Positions 46,914-54,827 of a stretch of DNA of 64,000 nucleotides are shown here, in pieces (within the stretch, counting starts at the first letter, position 1; each line of letters starts with the position of its first letter). The notes under the pieces are model-generated. The model was not told the origin of the DNA, did not search any database, and saw only the letters and a program-made list of their open reading frames with translations. This DNA comes from Acidimicrobiia bacterium (lineage in GTDB: Bacteria > Actinomycetota > Acidimicrobiia > IMCC26256 > BP-133), in contig JBIOUX010000039.1 of NCBI GenBank assembly GCA_044867425.1, positions 15,383 through 79,382 on the forward strand. Direction: 5' to 3'. The translations under genes and the position numbers were made by a program.

Positions 46914-47426
46914 GTGGTGGCCGAACGCAGCGTCCTCGCCCGCCAGGTTCCCGGGCTCGAAGCCGCCGGGCGGCTGCCGCTGGCGTGCCGGATGGCGCTC
47001 AGCGCCGAGGAGCTCGCCCTGCACCATCGCATCCGCCACCAGGTGTTCGTCGACGAACAGCGCATCTTCACCGGGTCCGACGTCGACGTCCACGACGACG
47101 AGGCCGCCACCATCCGGGTCATCGGGACGGCGGGAGCGGTGGTGGCGGGGGCCGTCCGCCTGTACCCGCTGGAGCCCACCGGCGAGCTGTGGCTGGGCGA
47201 CCGGCTGGCGGTGCTGCCCGCCTTCCGCATCCAGGGGCTGGGCAAACCGCTCGTCCGCTTCGCCGTGGCCACCGCCGCCCGCCTCGGGGGCCGGGAGATG
47301 CAGGCCCACATCCAGCCGCCCAACGTCCGCTTCTTCGAGCGGCTGGGCTGGGAGTGCCGGGGCCCGGTGGAGATCTACGTCGGGACCCCCCACCAGCCCA
47401 TGGCCATCGATCTGACTGCTCTTTGA
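46914..47426 (+). CDS. GNAT N-acetyltransferase, candidate MSMEG_0567/Sll0786 family
   Basis: HHRIRHQVFVDEQRIF...D.HD......IG........GAVRLYP, then FRIQGLGKPLVRFAV..A...G...M.A.IQ..NV.FFE.LGW. The GTG abuts the preceding TGA. Confidence 0.85.
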   Translation: MVAERSVLARQVPGLEAAGRLPLACRMALSAEELALHHRIRHQVFVDEQRIFTGSDVDVHDDEAATIRVIGTAGAVVAGAVRLYPLEPTGELWLGDRLAVLPAFRIQGLGKPLVRFAVATAARLGGREMQAHIQPPNVRFFERLGWECRGPVEIYVGTPHQPMAIDLTAL

Positions 47427-47432
47427 GGTGCC

Positions 47433-48836
47433 ATGACACTCGTCCTGCCTGAGGACGTGGCCGTCGTCAACGTCGGCCTCTCGCTCTTCACCGATGCCAT
47501 CCGGGACCAGGACCGGCCCGTCCAGAGCGTCGACTGGCGCATCCCGGCCGGCGGCGACCTCGAGGCGGTGGCCGCCCTCCGCCGGCTCTACGGCCCCAAG
47601 GCGGAAGCGATCGACGCCGCCAACGCCGAGGTGGTCCGCCGGCTCGACCAGGGTGTGCCCATGCTGGTGGGGCTGGAGCCCGCCTCCCGGGTCGTGCCCG
47701 ACCTGGGCGAGCGCACGATCCTGCACTGCGGCCCCCCCATCGGCTGGGACGACATGTGCGACCCGCTGCGCCGCTCGGTCCAGGCGGCGGTGGTGGCCGA
47801 GGGCTGGGCCGCCAGCCCCGGTGAGGCGGGCGCCCTGGTGGCCGGAGGCCAGGTCGCGCTCGAGCCGGCCAACGCCCACATGACGGTCATTCCCATGGCC
47901 AGCGCCATCGGGCCCTCGGCCTGGGTGTGGGTGGTCGAGTGCGGCGAGGCCGGCACCCGGGCCTTCTCCGCCGTCAACCAGGGGCCGGGCGAGGTGGCCT
48001 GGTTCGGCCGGGACACCCCCGCCGCCGTCCAGCGCCTGGTCTTCCTGGCCGAGGTGGCGGGCCCCCTGCTGGCGGAAGCCGTGGGCCGGGCCGGGCCCAT
48101 GGACGTCTTCGGCCTGGCCGCCCAGGGCCTGCAGATGGGCGACGACGTCCACATGCGCAGCCAGGCCACCACCAACATCCTGTGGCGCCACCTCCTACCC
48201 CACCTGGTGGCCCTGGAGGACCCCCGGCGCGTCGACCTGGCCACCTTCCTGGCGTCCAACCACCTCTTCTTCCTCAACCTGGCCATGGCCGGGGCCCGCT
48301 CCCTCACCGAGTGGGCCCGGCAGGTCCCGGGTTCGAGCGTGGTGTGGAGCATGGCCCGCAACGGGACGACCTTCGGGGTCAAGCTGCCGGGCCTGGACGA
48401 CTGGTTCCTGGCCCCCGCCCCGCCCGTCACCCATGCCCTCTACTACTCGGGCGAGGGGCCGGAGACGAGCGCCCCGGACATCGGCGACAGTGCTCTCCTC
48501 GAGCTGGTCGGCCTCGGCGGTCCGGCGGGGGCGGCCTCGCCCGCCGTGGCCTCCTTCGTGGGCGGCACCATGGACGACGCCATCCGCCTCACCCTGGACA
48601 TGGACCGCATCTGCGCCGGGCGCAGCAGCCGCTTCAAGCTGCCCCTGCTGGACTTCCGGGGGACGCCGATCGGGGTGGACGTCCGCCGGGTGGTGGAGAC
48701 CGGCATCACCCCCAGGATCAACACCGGGATCCTCCACGTCTCGGCCGGGACGGGACAGGTGGGCGCCGGGGTGGCGGTCGCTCCCCTGGAGTGCTTCTCC
48801 CAGGCCCTCCTCGCCCTCGACCGCCACCTGGCTTGA
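47433..48836 (+). CDS. DUF1116-family protein (YlbE/AllG-like)
   Basis: 467 aa; ...ILHCGPPI.W..MC.P.R.......V.EGWA and MRSQATTNIL...L... match my recollection of YlbE-type proteins. Gene order fdrA / DUF1116 / DUF2877 matches E. coli fdrA-ylbE-ylbF. Confidence 0.8.
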   Translation: MTLVLPEDVAVVNVGLSLFTDAIRDQDRPVQSVDWRIPAGGDLEAVAALRRLYGPKAEAIDAANAEVVRRLDQGVPMLVGLEPASRVVPDLGERTILHCGPPIGWDDMCDPLRRSVQAAVVAEGWAASPGEAGALVAGGQVALEPANAHMTVIPMASAIGPSAWVWVVECGEAGTRAFSAVNQGPGEVAWFGRDTPAAVQRLVFLAEVAGPLLAEAVGRAGPMDVFGLAAQGLQMGDDVHMRSQATTNILWRHLLPHLVALEDPRRVDLATFLASNHLFFLNLAMAGARSLTEWARQVPGSSVVWSMARNGTTFGVKLPGLDDWFLAPAPPVTHALYYSGEGPETSAPDIGDSALLELVGLGGPAGAASPAVASFVGGTMDDAIRLTLDMDRICAGRSSRFKLPLLDFRGTPIGVDVRRVVETGITPRINTGILHVSAGTGQVGAGVAVAPLECFSQALLALDRHLA

Positions 48837-48927
48837 CCTGCCTGACGGCGGAGGGACCGCCCGGCCCGCCGCCTCCAAGGAACTTGTGCGTTTTTTGCCA
48901 GCAATCACTGGCAGAAAGCCCACAAGA

Positions 48928-49710
48928 ATGGATTTCCACCCCGTGAGCGGCCTCCGGGTCGGCGCCGGCGCCCGCGAGGTGCTGGCCACACTCGGCCCGG
49001 GGGAAGTGCTGGCCGTCTACCGGCGCGCCGCCTACCTCCGCCTCCCCGGCGGCATCGTGGCCCTGGTGGTTCCCGGCGTCCCGCCCGGCCCACTTTGGAT
49101 CGCCGGTGGCCTCGACCCCGAGGCTTCCCTCGGGTTAGGGGATCCGGTTGCCGTCGGGGACGGCTGGCTGGAGGTGGCGGGCAGAAGGTTGGACGTCGGC
49201 GGGGCGGACACGTGGCGGGGACCGCTCCCCGACCCAGCCGCCCTGCGGGCCGCCCGGCCGCTGGCGCTTGACGTTCTCGCTGCCGCCCCCCCTTCGTCGC
49301 TGCTCGACGAGCCCTGGCGGCCGGCGCTCCGCCAGGCCGAGGCGACCGTGGGCACCGGGGACCTCGTGGAGGCCGCCGGCATCCTCGGGGGCCTCGGGCC
49401 CGGCCTCACGCCGGCCGGTGACGACGCCCTGGCCGGCATCCTCCTCGCCCGCCGGGGCCTCGCCGGCGCGAGCACCGAGGAGGACCTCATGGCCGTCGCC
49501 CGGGCCGCCCGCACCACGGACCTCAGCGCGGCCCTCCTCTCCTGGGCGGCGCGGGGCCAGGCGGTGGAACCGGTCCACGACCTCCTCTCCGCCGTCGCCG
49601 CCGGCGACCGGCCGACGGCGGCCGCCGCCACCGCACGCGTCGCCGCCCTCGGCGCCTCCTCTGGTGCCGATCTGCTGCTCGGCCTCCGCCTCGGCCTTTC
49701 GGCCGGCTGA
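48928..49710 (+). CDS. DUF2877-family protein (YlbF/AllH-like)
   Basis: GLGPGLTPAGDDALAGILLA and GASSGADLLLG motifs typical of DUF2877. ATG 48928 (upstream ORF extension ignored). Confidence 0.8.
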   Translation: MDFHPVSGLRVGAGAREVLATLGPGEVLAVYRRAAYLRLPGGIVALVVPGVPPGPLWIAGGLDPEASLGLGDPVAVGDGWLEVAGRRLDVGGADTWRGPLPDPAALRAARPLALDVLAAAPPSSLLDEPWRPALRQAEATVGTGDLVEAAGILGGLGPGLTPAGDDALAGILLARRGLAGASTEEDLMAVARAARTTDLSAALLSWAARGQAVEPVHDLLSAVAAGDRPTAAAATARVAALGASSGADLLLGLRLGLSAG

Positions 49711-49774
49711 ACTCCCCCGGTCTTCCACCCCGGGGGGTGAGGTGGGCCACCCCTGGTTTCCGTAGCGTCAACCC

Positions 49775-50794
49775 ATGGACACCACCATGCTCATCGCCAC
49801 CGCCCAGGCCCTGGTCGCGCCCGGCAGAGGGATCCTCGCCGCCGACGAGAGCACCGCCACCATCACCAAGCGCTTCAACGCCCTCGGGATCGAGTCGACC
49901 GCCGACTCCCGGCGGGACTACCGGGAAGTGCTCCTCACCTGCCCGGCGCTGGCCGGTACGGCGGGCGGGGTCATCCTCTACGACGAGACGCTGCGCCAGT
50001 CGGCCGCCGACGGCACGCCCTTCCCCCAGCTCCTGAAGGGCCAGGGCGTCATCCCCGGCATCAAGGTGGACACCGGGGCCAAGCCCCTGGCCGCCTGCCC
50101 CGACGAGACGGTCACCGAGGGGCTCGACGGCCTGTGCGAGCGCCTGGCCGAGTACCGGGAGCTGGGCGCGGGGTTCGCCAAGTGGCGGGCGGTGATCAGC
50201 ATCGGGGACGGCCGCCCCAGTGCCACCTGCCTGGACGCCAACGCCCACGCCCTGGCCCGCTACGCCGCCCTGTGCCAGGAGGCCGGGATCGTGCCCGTGG
50301 TCGAGCCCGAGGTCCTGATGGACGGTGATCACGACATCCACCGCTGCTACCAGGAGACCAGCGCCGCCCTCCAGTCCGTCTTCGCCGCGCTGGCCACCCA
50401 CCGCGTCGTCCTCGAGGGCATCGTCCTCAAGCCCAACATGGTCCTCCCCGGCGCCCGGTGTGTCGACCAGGTCCCGGTGGACGCGGTGGCCGACGCCACG
50501 CTGAGCTGCCTGGCCCAGAACGTGCCGGTGGCCGTACCCGGCGTCGCCTTCCTCTCGGGGGGCCAGGGCCCGGAGGTGGCCACGGCCCATCTGAACGCCA
50601 TGAACGTCAAGGGCGGCGCCCCCTGGCGGCTCACCTTCTCCTTCGGCCGGGCCCTCCAGGACCCGGCGCTGCGGACCTGGGGCGGCAAGCCCAGCAATGC
50701 CGAGGCGGCCCAGCTGGCCCTGGCCCACCGGCTCAACCTCACCGCCGCCGCCTCCCAGGGCACCTACGACCCGGAGATGGAAACAGCCGCCTGA
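49775..50794 (+). CDS. Fructose-bisphosphate aldolase, class I
   Basis: GRGILAADESTATITKRF..LGIE.T...RR.YRE.L...........GVILYDETL.Q....G.PF...L...G..PGIKVD.G and LKPNMV (Schiff-base Lys region). Confidence 0.92.
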   Translation: MDTTMLIATAQALVAPGRGILAADESTATITKRFNALGIESTADSRRDYREVLLTCPALAGTAGGVILYDETLRQSAADGTPFPQLLKGQGVIPGIKVDTGAKPLAACPDETVTEGLDGLCERLAEYRELGAGFAKWRAVISIGDGRPSATCLDANAHALARYAALCQEAGIVPVVEPEVLMDGDHDIHRCYQETSAALQSVFAALATHRVVLEGIVLKPNMVLPGARCVDQVPVDAVADATLSCLAQNVPVAVPGVAFLSGGQGPEVATAHLNAMNVKGGAPWRLTFSFGRALQDPALRTWGGKPSNAEAAQLALAHRLNLTAAASQGTYDPEMETAA

Positions 50795-50879
50795 GTGGGG
50801 AGGAAAAGTGCGGCGCAACGGCCGGGAATCGGCTCGCCGGACTTGACTACTAAACTGAATGCCTGTCTACTATCGTCCT

Positions 50880-51683
50880 ATGCAGTCCTTCCTCCGCCTC
50901 CCCCGCCGCAGCGAGAAGCCCCGGTTCGTCGGGCTCACGCACGTCATCGACAAGGGCCTCCCGCTGGCCGAGCTCGAATCGCTGCTGGCCGCGTCGGGGG
51001 AGTACGTCGATGTCTGGAAGCTGGGCTTCGGCACGGCCTATCTCGACCCCACCGTCGAGGCGAAGGTGGCGGTGCTCACCGGGGCCGGGAACCGGGCCTG
51101 CCTGGGCGGCACCCTCCTCGAGGTGGCCTGGGCCCAGGGCCGGGCCGAGGAGTGCCTCAACTGGGCCGGGGAGGTCGGCTTCTCCTGCGTCGAGGTGTCG
51201 AACGGCAGTTGCCACATGCCGCTGGCGGCCAAGCGGAACCTGATCGCCACCGCCAGCCGGAACTTTGTGGCCATCTCCGAGGTGGGCTCCAAGAACCCCC
51301 AGACGCCGGTGTCGCCCGCGGCGTGGGCCGAGGAGATGACGGGCGACATCGAGGCCGGCGCCACCTGGGTGCTGGCCGAGGGGCGCGAGAGCGGCACCGT
51401 GGGCCTCTATGACGCCGACGGCCGGGTCCGGGAGGAGCTGGCCGAGGCCCTGGTCGCCGCCGTCGGGTTGCGCTTCGTGGTCTTCGAGGCCCCCCGGTCG
51501 GCTCAGCAGGCATGGTTCGTGAACCGCTTCGGCTCGGCCGTGAACCTGGGCAACATCGCCCCGGCGGAGCTGCTGGCCGTCGAATCGCTGCGCCTCGGAC
51601 TGCGGGCTGACACCTTCGGGCTGGGCCAGCCCGTCCTCCACGCCGCCGAGGGCCAGCCCGCCGTCGTCGGCGAGAGCGCCTAG
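50880..51683 (+). CDS. comA: Phosphosulfolactate synthase (ComA family)
   Basis: LP.R..KPR..GLTHVIDKGL........LL..SGEYVDVWKLGFGT.......V..K......AG......GGTL.E.A.......E......E.GF..VEVSNG, then EGRESG and VFEAP...QQ.WF...FGS.VNLGNI. Start ATG 50880 (TACTAT 6 nt upstream) or ATG 50859. Confidence 0.88.
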   Translation: MQSFLRLPRRSEKPRFVGLTHVIDKGLPLAELESLLAASGEYVDVWKLGFGTAYLDPTVEAKVAVLTGAGNRACLGGTLLEVAWAQGRAEECLNWAGEVGFSCVEVSNGSCHMPLAAKRNLIATASRNFVAISEVGSKNPQTPVSPAAWAEEMTGDIEAGATWVLAEGRESGTVGLYDADGRVREELAEALVAAVGLRFVVFEAPRSAQQAWFVNRFGSAVNLGNIAPAELLAVESLRLGLRADTFGLGQPVLHAAEGQPAVVGESA

Positions 51684-53026
51684 CTGTCTGATCCTGACCG
51701 GGCGGCGGCCAGCCCGTTCTGGGCGGCCAGGACGATGGCCTCGTCGACGGCGCCCATGGAGGGCGCGTAGACGGTCTCCATGTTGGCCAGGTCGGTGAGC
51801 GTGACGCCCGTCTTGACCGCTATGGCCAGGAAGTCGGCCCGCTCCTTGATGCCCTCGCCGCCCACCATCTGGGCGCCGATGAGCCGCAGGCTGCCGGGCT
51901 CGGCCAGGAGCTTGACCCGGAGCTTCTTGTCGTCGGCGTAGTACCGGGCCCGGGAGATGGTCTCGGCCAGCCCGACCACGTGGGGGATGCCGAGGGCGGC
52001 GGCCAGGGTCTCGCCGAAGGCCACGCCGCCGATCATCCACTTCCCCGCCACCATGCCCCAGGGAACGTAGACGGGCTGGTAGGCCCGCTTGCCCCCGCCG
52101 GCGTTGGTCCCCGCCACCTTGCCCTGGGCGTAGGCATGGCTGCCCGAGAGGCCCTGCAGGGGGATGTTGGCCACGCCGTGGGGCACCTCGATGCAGTCGC
52201 CGGCGGCGTAGACGTCGGGCACCGAGGTGGCCATCCGCTCGTCGACGATGATGCCCCCGGTGGAGCCGATCTCGATGCCGGCGGCGGCGGCCAGATCGTT
52301 GCGGGGCACCTTCTTGGTGCAGACCACCACCAGGTCGGCGGGCAGCTCACCGGCGGAGGTGCGCACCCCCCGGACGTGGCCCTTCCCGTCGTCCAGGAAG
52401 GCCTCGAGCTCGGTGTTGAAGTGCATCTTCACGCCCATCTCGGCCCAGGAGTCCTCCACCGGCCCGGCGATGTCGGGGTCGGCCGCCTCGGCCATGGCCC
52501 ACGGGAAGGGATCGATCAGATGCGTCTCGATCCCCCGGTGGGGCAGGGCGGTGACCATCTCGAGGCCCAGCGGTGAGGCCTCGACCACCACCGCCACCTT
52601 GGCCTGGTCGATGACCTTGTCCCACTCCATGGCCCGGCGGATGTTCTTCACGTAGTAGAGCCCGTCGAGATCCGAGCCGGGCACGCCGGGGTCGGCGTAG
52701 TCGAAGCCGGTGGCCAGGATCAGCCGGTCCCAGGGCACCTCGCCCTCGCCCTCCACCGTCACCACCCGGCGGGTCACGTCGATCCCCGTCACCTTGGTGG
52801 AGTAGTGGATGTCGATGCCCGCCTCGACGTAGGCCTCCTTGCCGGCCAGGAACAGCCGGTCGAAGTCGGGGATCTCCTTGCCGTGGACGTAGGGGATCCC
52901 GCACGGGCTGTAGGCGGCGTCCTCGTACTCGGTGTAGACGGTCACCTGACCCGACCGGTCGGCGGCCCGGGCCGCACCCGCCGCTCCGATGCCTGCGGCG
53001 CCGCCGCCCACGATGACGGTCCTCAT
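51680..53026 (-). CDS. Pyridine nucleotide-disulfide oxidoreductase (CoA-disulfide reductase/NADH oxidase family), full-length paralog
   Basis: MRTVIVGGGAAGIGAAGAA, candidate redox Cys motif YSPCGIPY, VAVVVEASPLGLEM, AAGDCIEV, and a dimerisation domain. RBS GGAGGCGGGGAGG. Confidence 0.9.
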   Translation of the reverse strand: MRTVIVGGGAAGIGAAGAARAADRSGQVTVYTEYEDAAYSPCGIPYVHGKEIPDFDRLFLAGKEAYVEAGIDIHYSTKVTGIDVTRRVVTVEGEGEVPWDRLILATGFDYADPGVPGSDLDGLYYVKNIRRAMEWDKVIDQAKVAVVVEASPLGLEMVTALPHRGIETHLIDPFPWAMAEAADPDIAGPVEDSWAEMGVKMHFNTELEAFLDDGKGHVRGVRTSAGELPADLVVVCTKKVPRNDLAAAAGIEIGSTGGIIVDERMATSVPDVYAAGDCIEVPHGVANIPLQGLSGSHAYAQGKVAGTNAGGGKRAYQPVYVPWGMVAGKWMIGGVAFGETLAAALGIPHVVGLAETISRARYYADDKKLRVKLLAEPGSLRLIGAQMVGGEGIKERADFLAIAVKTGVTLTDLANMETVYAPSMGAVDEAIVLAAQNGLAAARSGSDS

Positions 53027-53099
53027 GACAGCCTCCCCGCCTCCGACGACCGGCCCGTCTGCTGGCGGGCGCGTGTCTACGATAGTGAGTGAGGCGTTT

Positions 53100-53127
53100 A
53101 CTATACGGCCGACCAGCCGTCCGTCAA
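53100..53127 (-). promoter_or_regulatory. Sigma-70-like promoter TTGACG-N16-TATAGT upstream of the flavoprotein paralog
   Basis: Minus-strand TTGACG (53127-53122), 16-nt spacer, TATAGT (53105-53100). It overlaps the 3' end and stop of the PP2C gene. Same architecture as 30773-30800. Confidence 0.45.
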
Positions 53128-53952
53128 GACGCCCAGCACGAGGACGGCGAGATCGTCGCCCGGGGCTCCGCCGGAGAAGGCCAGGGCTCGCTCTTCGATG
53201 GCGTGGGCGACAACGGCCGCCCGCTGTCCCCGGGTCTCGGCGAGGACCCCGACCAGCCCGTGCTCGTCCAGGAAAACGGGGGGCGAGCCGGGGAGCGTGT
53301 GGGGGGATCGGGCCTCCAGGATGCCGTCGGTCACGAGCACCAGCATGTCACCGGGCCAGAGCGTCAGCTGGATGGGCTCCACGTTGATGACGGGGAACTG
53401 GCCGAGCAGCGGGCCCGAACCTTCGATGGCGATGATGGGTCCATCCGCCTTCACCACCACGGCGGCCGGGTGGCCGCAACCGAGGAGGCGCACGGCCACG
53501 TGGGTCGCCGCCAGCCGCAGGTCGCCGTAGGCCATGGTGGCGAAGCCCTCCTCCTGGTCCGATTCGAGGAGGGCGGCGTTCACCGCCTCCGGCACCCGGA
53601 GCCCGCCGCTCATCCGGGCCGTGGCCCGGGCCGTGTGGCGGACGACGGCGGTCATGGCCGCCGCCCCCGGACCTTTGCCGGCCACGTCGCCGATGAGGAA
53701 GCCCCACCGGTCCTCACCCAGGCGGAAGGCGTCGTAGAAGTCTCCGCCCACCTCGGCGTGCTCTTCCGCCGGGTGGTAACGGGCGGCCAGCTCGACGCCG
53801 GGGATCTCAGGCAGGCAGGGCGGCAGCAGGCTGCGCTGGAGCGCGTGGGCGATGTGCTCGGCTTCGATCCGGGCCGTCCGTTCGGCCTCCAGGAGGCCGG
53901 ACAGGCGCCCGTCCGGTGCGCGGGTCACTTCGTAGACAATCTGGTCGCTCAT
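53101..53952 (-). CDS. PP2C/SpoIIE-family serine/threonine phosphatase
   Basis: IAHALQRSLLP..LP...GVELAARY.PA.....VGGDFYD........W.FLIGDVAGKG..AA..., CGHP and LVLVTDGI..A blocks. ATG 53952. Confidence 0.88.
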   Translation of the reverse strand: MSDQIVYEVTRAPDGRLSGLLEAERTARIEAEHIAHALQRSLLPPCLPEIPGVELAARYHPAEEHAEVGGDFYDAFRLGEDRWGFLIGDVAGKGPGAAAMTAVVRHTARATARMSGGLRVPEAVNAALLESDQEEGFATMAYGDLRLAATHVAVRLLGCGHPAAVVVKADGPIIAIEGSGPLLGQFPVINVEPIQLTLWPGDMLVLVTDGILEARSPHTLPGSPPVFLDEHGLVGVLAETRGQRAAVVAHAIEERALAFSGGAPGDDLAVLVLGVLTDGWSAV

Positions 53953-54129
53953 GCTCCCCCTCCTCAGCTGGGGTCGCTTCGTCCATTTGGGTATCGGACG
54001 CCGCCAACCTGGCCCTTGAACTTCTTTGCACTGCCTTAAGGGGGGGACACACCGGCCCAAAGCGTGCCTACCTGCTTCAGAACCACGCTGTCCGGCCGAA
54101 GAAAAGGGAGAGAGGACGGAGGGGCCACC

Positions 54130-54816
54130 GTGAGCACCAAGCCAAATCGCTGCCCATATTGCTGGTCGTCGCTGCCCCCGGCGGTGGACGACTTCTGCCC
54201 CCACTGCCACAAAAGCCTGGCGGTGAAGGCGTCCAAGCGCCGCCGGCGGGGCCAGGCCGACGAGGTGGCGACGCCGCCGGACGCTCCCGTCGCGGCTCCG
54301 GGCGTGACCCTCTACGAGTACACCCCGCCCGCTCCCCCGCCTCCGCCGCCCGGGGCCTCCTCACCCGACGAGCCCACCGAGGCCTCCTCATCCGACGAGC
54401 CCTACGAGGCCTCCGCGCCCTACGAGGCCTCCGCGCCCTACGAGCCCTACGAGCCCTACAGCCCGCCGGCCCCCCCACCTCCGCCCCCGGCCGAGCCGGC
54501 GTCCACGCCCCACGAGTACGCCCCGCCGGCTCCCCCGCCTCCGCCTCCGTCCTCGCCCGCTGATGCCTCCACCCTCTACCAGGGCTACGGCCCGCCCACC
54601 GAGCCTCCGGCCGATTGGGCGCCGGCGCCGGTTCCCGGGGCGGTGACCCTCCTGGAGCGCGACGAGGTCGAGTTCCCCGGCCAGCCGCTGCCCCCGGGCT
54701 TCTTCGACGCCCTCCCCCAGCGGACCCGCCGGGAGCCCGGCAAGCGCAACCGGACGATCCTGATCGTGGCCATCATCGCCGGCAGCGCCATCGTCAGGGC
54801 CATCCGCCGGTCATAA
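54130..54816 (+). CDS. Zinc-ribbon, proline-rich repeat, C-terminally membrane-anchored protein
   Basis: CPYCWSSL....DDFCPHCH zinc ribbon, three Y.PPAPPPPPP units, PYEASA/PYE micro-repeats, and a C-terminal TM ILIVAIIAGSAIV. GTG 54130 with RBS GAGAGGACGGAGGGG. Confidence 0.6.
   Translation: MSTKPNRCPYCWSSLPPAVDDFCPHCHKSLAVKASKRRRRGQADEVATPPDAPVAAPGVTLYEYTPPAPPPPPPGASSPDEPTEASSSDEPYEASAPYEASAPYEPYEPYSPPAPPPPPPAEPASTPHEYAPPAPPPPPPSSPADASTLYQGYGPPTEPPADWAPAPVPGAVTLLERDEVEFPGQPLPPGFFDALPQRTRREPGKRNRTILIVAIIAGSAIVRAIRRS
54367..54459 (+). repeat. Nested in-frame tandem repeats (24-, 18- and 9-nt units) inside the Pro-rich gene
   Basis: GACGAGCCCACCGAGGCCTCCTCA / GACGAGCCCTACGAGGCCTCCGCG; CCCTACGAGGCCTCCGCG x2; CCCTACGAG x2 plus CCCTAC. 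Confidence 0.8.
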
Positions 54817-54827
54817 AGGAGACCATC

